From assembly GCF_009914755.1 (NCBI RefSeq), contig NC_060928.1: a DNA stretch of 64,000 bases. The stretch is one strand, 5' to 3'. The notes beneath the pieces are model-generated. The model did no database searches. It was not told the origin of the DNA and saw only the letters and a list, made by a program, of their open reading frames with translations. The position numbers and the translations under genes are program-made. Below, piece by piece: positions 54,771-64,000 of the stretch. Source of the stretch: the human T2T-CHM13v2.0 reference genome, Homo sapiens. The stretch's first letter is position 1. Every line of letters starts with the position of its first letter.

Positions 54771-55606
54771 AAGATTTGTTAATTTTAATATCTTTAAGCA
54801 TATATTTTGTATGACTTTTTAAATAAATTAATAAAATTTTCATGTAAAACAAATTGCACCCATTTTATTTTCAAATTTTAAAACCTACAAAAGGTTTATA
54901 ATTTAAGGCATTTCCTCTGACTGTTTTTTGTCTTTCATGTGACTGACATTTTGAAGAGTTCCATACACTACTGATAGTGAACAAGGCACTCATTTAACAT
55001 CTCAGAATTTATGAAAGTAAAAAAGGAAAAGAAAAACAGTAAATGCCATAAGCCCTTTAACTAGATCATCAATTTGCTCATTTCCATCATCTCCTTCTTT
55101 CTGTGTATGTGTATTCATATACGTATATGGGGTATTTTTAAAATTTTATGTAAAAATATGGCAGACATCAATACATTTTACCCTTAAACATTTCAGTGAG
55201 TGTGTGTTTCCTAAGAAGGATGCATCCCTACTGCTCCACACCACCAATATTATATTTAAGAAGTTCAACATGGATAAAATATTAGGAAGCATGAGACCCA
55301 CATTTGCCCAATCTCTCCATTAAATTCATCAATCTGTCTATCTGACAATCCATAAATAGTTGAAACCCTGGACCTAAATAAGAACAATGAATTGAGATAT
55401 ATCTCTAGCCTCTTATTATTTAGGGCATTCCCTCTGACTGTTTGTCTTTCACATCACCGACATTTTGAAGGATTTCATATACCACTGATAGTGACCAAGG
55501 CACTCATTTCACTTATCATAATTTACAGTTCTGGGCGCATAGATTACCATGGATAATATTATAGATACAATAGATTAGCATAGATACCATAGATTACCAT
55601 AGTGGT

Positions 55607-58055
55607 TGATACAGCTTGACTGAGTTACCCCCCAAATCTCATATTGAATCTTAACTCCCATAATTCCCATGTGTTGTGGGAGGAACCCAGTGGGAGATAA
55701 TTGAATCATGGGGGTAGTTTCCCCCATGCTGTTTTCATGGTGGTAAATAAGTATCACGAGATCTCATGGTTTTATAAGTGGTTTCCCCCTTCACTTGGCT
55801 TTCACTCTCTCTTGCTTGCTGCCGTGTAGGATGTGCCTTTCAGCTTCTGCCATGATTGTGAGGCCTCCCCAGCCATGTGGAACTGTAAGTCCAAGAAATC
55901 TCTTTTTCTTTATAAATTACTCAGTCTCAGGTATGTCTTTATCAGCAGCATGAAAATGTACTAATACAGTAAATTGATACTGGTAGTGTGGGTGCTACTG
56001 TAAAGATACCTGAAAATGTGGAAGAGACTTTGGAACTGGGTAACAGGCAGAGATTGGAACAGTTTGGAGGGCTCAGAAGAAGACAGGAAGATGTGGGAAA
56101 GTTTGGAACTTCCTAGAGACTTGTTGAATGGCTTTGACCAAAATGTTGATAGTGTTATGGACAATAAAGTCCAGATTGAGGTGGTCTCAGATAGAGATGA
56201 GGAACTTGTTCGGAACTGAAGCAAGGTGACTCTTGTTAAGTTTTAGCAAAGAGACTGGCAGCATTTTGCCTTTGCCCTAGAGATTTGTGGAATTTTGAAC
56301 TTGAGAGAGATTAATTAGGGCATCTGGCAGAAGAAACTTCTAAGCTCAAATCATTCAAGAATTGACTTGGGTGCTGTTAAAAGCATTCAGTCTTATTCCT
56401 TCACAAATATAAGGTTTGGAATTGGAAATTATGTTTAAAAGGGGAAACAGAGCATAAGAGTTTGGAAATTTGCAGCCTGATGATGAAATAGAAAAGAAAA
56501 ACCCATTTTCTGAGGAGAAATTCAAGTGGCTTCAGAAATTTGCATTAGTAATGAGGAGCAAAATATTAACCTCCAAAACAATGGGGAAAATATCTCCAGG
56601 GCATGTCAGAGAACTTTGAGGCTGCCCCTCTCATCACTGATGCACAGGCATAGGAGAAAACAGTGGTTTCATGGGCATGGCCCAGGGGCTCCCTGCTGTA
56701 TGCAGCCTAGGAACTTGGTGCCCTGTGTCCTAGCTGCTCCAGCTGTGACTAAAAGGGACCAAGATATAGCTCAGCTGTTTCACGGGCATGGCCCAGCGCC
56801 CCCCTGCTGTATGCAGCCTAGGAACTTGGTGCCCTGTGTCCTAGCCACTCCAGCTGTGACTAAAAGGGACCAAGATACAGTTCAGGCTGTGGCTTCAGTG
56901 GGTGCAAGCCCAAAGCCTTTGAGGCCTCCATGTGGTGTTGGGCCTGTGGGTGCACGGAAGTCAATAATTGAGGTTTGGGAACCTCTGCTTAGATTTCAGA
57001 GGATGTATGGAAACGCCTGGATGTCAAGGTGGAAGTCTGCTGCTGGGGCAGAGCCCTCATAGCGAGCCTGTACAAGGTATGTGCAGAAGGGAAATGTGGG
57101 ATCACATCCCCCACATGGAGTCTCCACTGGGACAATCCTAATGGAGCTGTGAGAAGAGGGCCACCACCCTCCAGACCCCAGAATAGTAGATCCACTGACA
57201 GCTTGCACCATGTACCTGGAAAAGCCACAGACACTCAATGCCAGCCCATGAAAGCAGTCATGAGGGGGACTGTAACCTGAAAAGCCACAAGGATGAAGCT
57301 ACCCAAGACCATGGGAACCCTCCTTTTGCATCAGCATGACCTGGATGCGAGACATGCAGCCAAAGGAAATCATTTTAGAGCCTTAAGATTTGACCACCCC
57401 TCTGGATTTCAGACTTGCATGGGGCCTTTAGCCCCTTATTTCAGTCAATTTCTCCCATTTGGAATGGGTGTATTTATCTAATGCCTGTAATCCCATTATA
57501 TTTAGGAAGTAACTAACTTGCTTTTGATTTAAAGCCTCATGGGTGGGAGGGATTTGTCTTGTCTCAGATGAGAGTTTGGACTGTGGACTTTTCAGTTCAA
57601 TGCTGAAATGAGTTAAGACTCTGGGAGACTGATGGGAAGGCGTGATTGGTTTTGAAATGTGAGGACACAAAGTTTGGGAGAGCCAGGGCAGAATTATATG
57701 GTTTGGCTGTGTCCCCACCCAAATCTCATTTTGAATTGTAGCTCCCATAATTCTCATGTGTTGTGAGAGGGAACAAGTGAGGGATAACTGAATCATAGGG
57801 GTGGTTTCCTCCATACTGTTCTCGTGGTAGTGAATAAATTTCATGATATCTCAGGGCTTTATAAAGGGTTTCTCTTTTCTTGACTCTCACTCTCTCTTGC
57901 CTGCCATCATGTAAGACATGAGTTTCACCTTTTGCCATGATTGTGAGGCCTCCCCTGCCATGTGGAACTGTGAGTCCATTAAATCTTTTTTTTTCAATGT
58001 AACTTACCCAGTCTCAAGCATGTCTTTATCAGCAGTGTGAAAACAGACTAACACA
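55607..58055 (+). mobile_element. Full-length THE1 MaLR provirus (LTR 55607-55968, internal region, LTR 57694-58055)
   Basis: Two THE1 LTRs; internal MaLR ORF relics (MWKRLWNWVTGRDWNSLEGSEEDRKMWESLELPRDLLNGFDQN); TSD gtggt/atggt. Confidence 0.96.
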
Positions 58056-58134
58056 ATGGTATATTTAAACAAATACATATTTAATTAAATGAAAATGGCA
58101 CATTTCCATCATCAGACAAACACCAGGTTTCAGT

Positions 58135-58545
58135 TGTGAGAGTCTAACTCTATTTTGTAATGTTTGACTGCTGATATCTTTTAAGCCTTACCCCCTCTTC
58201 TGCTGAACACTTAGGTGAGTTGAAAAGGAAGTCTGGGCTTTCTCTCCTTTGGTGTTGGTGGGAGATTCCAACTACACAAACACCTTTTCACATTCATGAA
58301 CATTCATCCTAATTCCTTGCCCCCAACTGAATTCAAAACTCCAAACTAGTTCCTTTACATGCTCTCTTTCAAGCCATTTTTGGACCAGGTTTCTCATCTT
58401 ACCATGATATCACAGCAAGCCTCAAAACATGAGTGAAAAACCTTTTTATATCCTCTAATATGTATGACATTTTAAGTCTTGACCCTCAGGCCTAATTTTG
58501 GGTAAGAGTCCATGCTGCTTCGGTGAGGTGGCTAAAACACCCTGA
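58135..58545. mobile_element. Old ERV LTR relic (family uncertain, possibly LTR47-like)
   Basis: Starts tgtgagagtctaactctattttg..tgtttgactgctga and ends ..aaaaca; flanks caggtttcagt / ccctgaag. Confidence 0.4.
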
Positions 58546-58599
58546 AGATGGAGTTCTGATTCTTCTGTCTTAGAAATGGTATTTATAAGCCAGCCAACC

Positions 58600-59600
58600 T
58601 CTGTGTACTCACACTATGTTGTAGGTCTCTTTAGGTAGCACAATCGAATCACGCTTTTTTATTTGCTCTGTTAATCGCTGACACTTACTGGAGTGTTTAA
58701 AATATTAACATCAATGTAATTATGGATATGATTAGATTCAGGTCTACCATTTTATTACTACTTTTGGCCTGTTTTTCTGTTTCTTGGTTTCTCACTTCTC
58801 TTTTTTTATTATTTGAACACGTTGGTATTTTATCTATTAATTTTTACTGTTATTTCTTTGTATTATTTTTAGTGATTGCTTTAAGAATTACAAAATACAT
58901 ATCCAAATTTTCACAGTCCACTTAGAATTAGTTATTTTACCCCTTAAGGTAAGGTATAGAAATACTGTAACCAAATCGTCTCTTTCTTTTGCTTTCACTA
59001 AAGTTCTGTGAGTTTCTATATCAGTAATGTTTACATATATTGAAAACAGCGGATAATGTTAAACGTTTAACTTTAGTCATATATGTTTTAAATTACTTAA
59101 GAGAAGAAAAATTTTAGAATTCATTATTTACCATGTCCACCATTTATGTTGTTGTTCTTTCATTTTTAAGGATCCAAGTTTCTCTTTTTACCAATTGTTA
59201 TTAAAGTATAATTTTAAAATTAAAAATGTATGTATTTCAGGTGTACAACGTGCTATTTTGATATATGTATTCTTTGTGAAATAATTACCATAATCAATTA
59301 GTTAATGTATCCATCACCTCACATACCTATCTTTTGTCTGTGCAATGAGACTATTTAAGATCAACTCTCCTAACAATTATTAAATGTACAATATAGTATT
59401 AACTATATTCAACATGCTGTAGGTCTCCAGAACTTATTAATACTGCTTAACTGAAACTTTGTACCTTTTGGCCAACATCTTCCCATTTCCCATTCTCTGC
59501 CTCTGGCAATCAACATTCACTCTCTCCTTCTATGAATTTGATTCTTTTAGGTTCATATTACGATATCTGAACCAGAATGATGTTGTTTTTTGCCTATGCA
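58600..59600 (-). mobile_element. Old L1M fragments
   Basis: ggtgtacaacgtgctattttgatatatgtat..tccatcacctcacatacc..ctccagaacttatt..aactgaaactttgtaccttttggccaacatct is an L1MA/MB 3' end in antisense. Confidence 0.7.
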
Positions 59601-60762
59601 TGTATTATTCATTGAGGTATCAATTTTTGTTTTTTGTTTTTTGTTAACAGAATGTACTTGGGGGAGTATCAGGGGGTGACCTTTAGGATCCTTCTTTCTT
59701 CTTCTCCTCTTAGTCTTCTCCCTCCTGAAAGCTTTTTTTTTCCTTTTTGTTAGTGATGTAATACTAAGATGTTGAGGAGAAGAGAATGAAAGGAACTCTT
59801 TCAAATCTACCAATCTGCCTTTCCTTGTGATTATTGACTTCATGTCTCAGTCACCATTTTGGGTCACTCAGATGTAATCTGTACTGTGGCTGTGGTAACA
59901 TTATTTTTTTCTGTCCTGAAGGGGCTAATGGGAAACAGCTTGATTAGCAAATATGTCTGTCACTAAGATTTTTAAAAAGTTAAAAATATCCACTTTTATT
60001 TATTCCTCAGATCTGGAGACTAACCCTTCTCATCTCTGGATGTCATTTTCTTTCCTACTGGAGTCAAAACATCTTCTCCTTTCTCAGGTGCTTCTCCGTG
60101 TTTTGTTTTTGTTTTTTTCTTCTTACTATAAGTCTTCGTAGTCGTACATTTTCTTTTGACCTCTAGAGTATCTCCCATAATTGGAATAGGACCTGTGCTG
60201 GGTTTTCAACTTGTCAGTAATAAGCATCTGAAAGCTTACTTTTCTTTATGTAACAAAAATATTGAATAAATTTGGTAAAGTTATCGCTGTAAATTAAAAT
60301 TAGTCTGTTGGAAAAATATTCAGGTGATCATTGTATTTTAGCTTTAATGAGGTACTTGTACTTTTTTTAAGGCTTCATTGTTTCTGCAGTTAGAAAATGC
60401 CACAGCACATTACTTTCAGTTAATTACAAAGAATTTAATTTTAGAGATGAATATACAAAAGACACAGTTCATGATTATCATAATAAAATCTCCAGAGAAT
60501 TTAAGTGGAATATATTTTCTAGACAAACTATTTCTCTTTAAATTAAGGTTTAAAACTCAAACTTTAATTCTGAGAGAAATGTCTGACTAGACTTTTATAT
60601 AAATACTTTAAACATGTTCTTGATGGAACAAAGATAACTATGGGCTGTTAGATCTCTATGCCATTAGCAACAGAATGGAGCGTTAAATTCTGGCAACTCC
60701 TGAAATAACTAACCATAATTATAAAGGCTAAGAAAAAAAAAGAAAAGAAAAAGTGCAAAAGA

Positions 60763-61070
60763 GGCTGGGCGCAGTGACTCATGCCTGTATGCCAGTACCT
60801 TATGAGGCTGAGGCGGGTGGATCACTTGAGGTCAGGAGTTAGAAACCAGCCTGGCCAACATGGTGAAACCTCGTTTCTACTAAAAATACAAAAATTAGCT
60901 GGGCATGGTGGCATACACCTGTAATCTCAGCTACTTTCGAGGCTAAGGCAGAAGAATCCCTTGAACCTGTCGGGGGACGGAGGTTGCAGCGAGCCCAGAT
61001 CATGCCACAGCACTCTAGCCTGGGCGATAGAGTGAGACTCTGTCTCAAAAAAAAAGTAACAAAAAAAAAA
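60763..61070 (+). mobile_element. Alu (AluSx/Sz-like)
   Basis: ggctgggcgcagtgactcatgcctgta...gagactctgtctcaaaaaaaa. Confidence 0.96.
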
Positions 61071-62049
61071 TATATTTATTTTATCATATAACACATTTTG
61101 AGGTAAACACTGATAAGTATAATTACATAAAGAGAAGAAATCTAATTGAAACTATGTCTTGTGAAAAAACCTAATATCTTCAAAATCTTTATCAAAGTTC
61201 ACATTTTCCATTTTCATTCAAAGAACAATGGCATTTATTAAAATTCTATAAAATAAGATTATCTGAGAATCCATCAGAGTAAAACTTTACAGCACATACA
61301 TGTATATATGATCCCATGTGATTAGATCACATTGACTGTAGGAAATAACTGAATTGTTGAAGAATACTTTTCATCAATATTATATATAAATCAACTTTAA
61401 GTCTTTAAAAACAGAATATTTCAAAAGGATATCTCATATTTACAACATCTTTTCTTGATAATCTAATTATTTTCTTGCTTTTTAAATGTATACATTTGAC
61501 ATTTTATTAAGCTATATACAAATGCAAAACTCCCATATATATGTATAGTGTGTATGTATGTCATATGCGAGTAAACCGTAAAAAAACTTTTCTTGACTTC
61601 TCTTTAAGCTTCCCCAATATTCCTCTTTTTTTTTTCCATTTATCTTCATCTGTACAGTAGACTTCCAGAATGCCCAACTTGCTTACTGGATTATTTTCAA
61701 TGCCTAAAAAACTTATTAACATAACATAGGCATTTAAGCACATTCAGTACTTCCCAGGAAGCCTTGATTCAGAGCTTTTTTATTCAGCACTGACTAAGCA
61801 AGCTCTCTAGACAGTTCAACCACAATAAATATGCTTGCACTAAAACATATTTAACTGCAAATGGAATGTGTAATTTATCTCAACTCCATCACAGATATAT
61901 TCATTTTTATCTAGTAGAGTTGCAAAGAATTTCTCTCCTGTAAAAAAAAAAAAGTCAAAGGATATAAAGGATATAAATATTCTTGGTGTTGTTATGCTCT
62001 TATTTTTTTGTTTTTGTTTAACTGCTCTATGTAACTTCAACTATTACAA

Positions 62050-62545
62050 AGATTTGGATAATTGCAAGGGCTCTCAAGATGCTACAGAACATATTCAGGA
62101 AAGGCTTTTAATAGAGGCAAAAAAATACAGGACAACAAAAGAAAGAGAATTTAGGTAGTTTTTGGAGCTCCAAAAGGCATCCAGGTTTATACTCCCCAAG
62201 GTCATTCTTATTTGCACAAAGACGTGAATCATCTTCTGATTAACATTTTAAGGTTTGTGTACTGAATTTTGGCTTCAGGGAGCTCCTGACAGACATTCCT
62301 GGCAACGTATTTTATGCCTCTCTGGTTACTTAGCCAAGCCAGGATATCTAACCTGTTACACCAGGTGAAAGGCATCCATAAACAAACCCTGGGTGCTGCC
62401 AACGGAGCTTCAGACTTTAAATAGTGCATCACAAACCATTTGTTAGTTAAGATAGGCTTTATTTTGGCCAAAAAGGAAACTGGCATCCCAATATCCCCAG
62501 AGATAAGCATAGAGCTGTAAAATAATTCTTTCCTGAATAACAACA
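62050..62545. mobile_element. Possible old LTR relic (MER21/MER77-like)
   Basis: Locally higher GC content, with motifs resembling MER21-group LTRs; not verified. Confidence 0.3.
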
Positions 62546-63539
62546 GTTTTATATCAACCCTAGCAACCTTATTTCAATATTATTTATTAATATGTCTATA
62601 AATACAGTACATTCCTTGGAACAGCTTTTAAAAAACATTATAGGTTCCACTTTAATATGTTGATAAGCATAGACATGCATTTATTTAATATCTGTATGTC
62701 ATATATTTAAATTTTCAAATATTATAATTTGCTTTATTCCAGATCCTTCCTTTTCCTTTGACTGTCACTTCTTTTCCTTCTAGGAGTGTTTAATGGTTTT
62801 TCCCTTCATTGCTGCTTTGTAACCTTCGGTTAAGAGAATAAAGTTCCCAGACGTCATGAACTGATCCAGGTTTTCAGATTCTCTATGAATAGATTTCCTA
62901 ATTATTTTTTTTGCATAATGTAATTTCAAAAGACAACTGTGGTTATTGTAGATATTTGCTGGTCCTTGTGCAATTATGTTTCCAAGATATTGAGAATGTT
63001 TTTCTCCATATTCTAGAAGCAAAATTTCACAGGAATTAAATAAAACAGTAAGAGTCTCTCTTCGTATTTCTAATTATAGACTTTGCATTCATTTTGTCTC
63101 ATCTGCTGGGTTAATCCATATGCTATTCCAAATGAACAACTTAAGAACTGAGGCAACCAGTACCCTTTCTTTCTACTTTAGTTCACTGGCAAACATTGAG
63201 ATGCATGCAGGACCTCTTAAATTTTTTTTTCAAACGAAATTCTCTCAATGAAGCAGAAATATTTATTTATTGTTATTTTCCCATTATTAAGTAGACAGAA
63301 TACCAAAGTTAGACTAAATGCTTTAAAACGGTGTCAAATGTAATACTTATTTGTCAAAACAGATGGATTTGATTAGACAATTACACATATAATCTAATTT
63401 TTATTCTGTCTGTTAAAATATACTGAAAAATATAAAGTACATAAACAGACGACAACCTAAAGATAATATATTTTTAATTAAATGTTGTAAGTGGATCCCT
63501 TAAAAAAAGTCCCTTTTTTGAAGGCTCAGGATGTAATAT

Positions 63540-64000
63540 TAATCAAAACACATAAAGACTCTGATCTCAAAGAGTTTACTGTCACTTAAGTAAATAGAAA
63601 ATAAATAGAGAAGTAAATATTTATTATGTGAAATGCTGGTAAGAAGTATGGAAAAAATATTCCAGAGTGCGAAGGATAGAATGTGTAAGTAGGAAGGCAA
63701 AGTGCTACTCTGTATAAGCTAATTAATGAAGATCTGTCTCAGTAATAAGACATTTGAGCAGAGACATGAAGGGATGAATGGAAGTAGCCTTGGAGTAATC
63801 TCAGAGAAGATCTTTTCAAGCAGAGGGAATTACATACACCCTGAATGCCAGAGCATGCTAGGCATAAGCAAAGAACAGTATGGTGTCAGGGATGGCTGAG
63901 ATAGATTAAGCAAGCAAAAGACTTGGAGGGGATCAGATCAGAGAGGCAACAAGAAAACAAAACATGTAGCATCTTAAAGGCCACTTTGAAAGATGGAAAG
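63540..64000 (-). mobile_element. LINE-2 fragment
   Basis: gacatttgagcagagacatgaagg..caagcagaggga..gcaaagaacag..gatcagagaggc; runs off the window end. Confidence 0.7.

Noticed and set aside
56526-57062. 178-aa ORF as a novel repeat protein
   Set aside because: MaLR internal relic lengthened by a local duplication; non-ATG start and surrounding frames disrupted.

Overview
AT-rich, CpG-depleted primate (human-like) non-coding genomic DNA, made up mostly of transposable-element relics (L1, L2, MIR, Alu, MaLR, ERV-L, HERV-K-type LTR, Tigger/MER DNA transposons) and microsatellites. I find no credible host protein-coding exon, RNA gene or CRISPR array. The supplied ORFs are decayed TE frames or low-complexity artefacts. 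The centrepiece is a nested structure at 14.4-26.9 kb: a MIR is interrupted by a full-length MaLR (MLT1A/MST-type) provirus, which in turn holds an L1PA, an Alu and a near full-length ERV-L provirus (gag-pro-RT-RNaseH-IN-dUTPase, all disrupted). I did not find a new functional biological system. The most unusual features are mechanistic scars: an Alu flanked by a ~235-bp apparent target-site duplication, a 100-bp piece of ERV-L RT inserted into the provirus's 3' LTR, a ~2-kb structured TA array with an inverted LTR copy in the 5' LTR, a solo LTR with a PBS-like extension, a twin-primed L1 and several templated micro-insertions. Subfamily names are from memory of consensus sequences and need RepeatMasker/Dfam confirmation. 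Mismatch counts were made by hand and are approximate.
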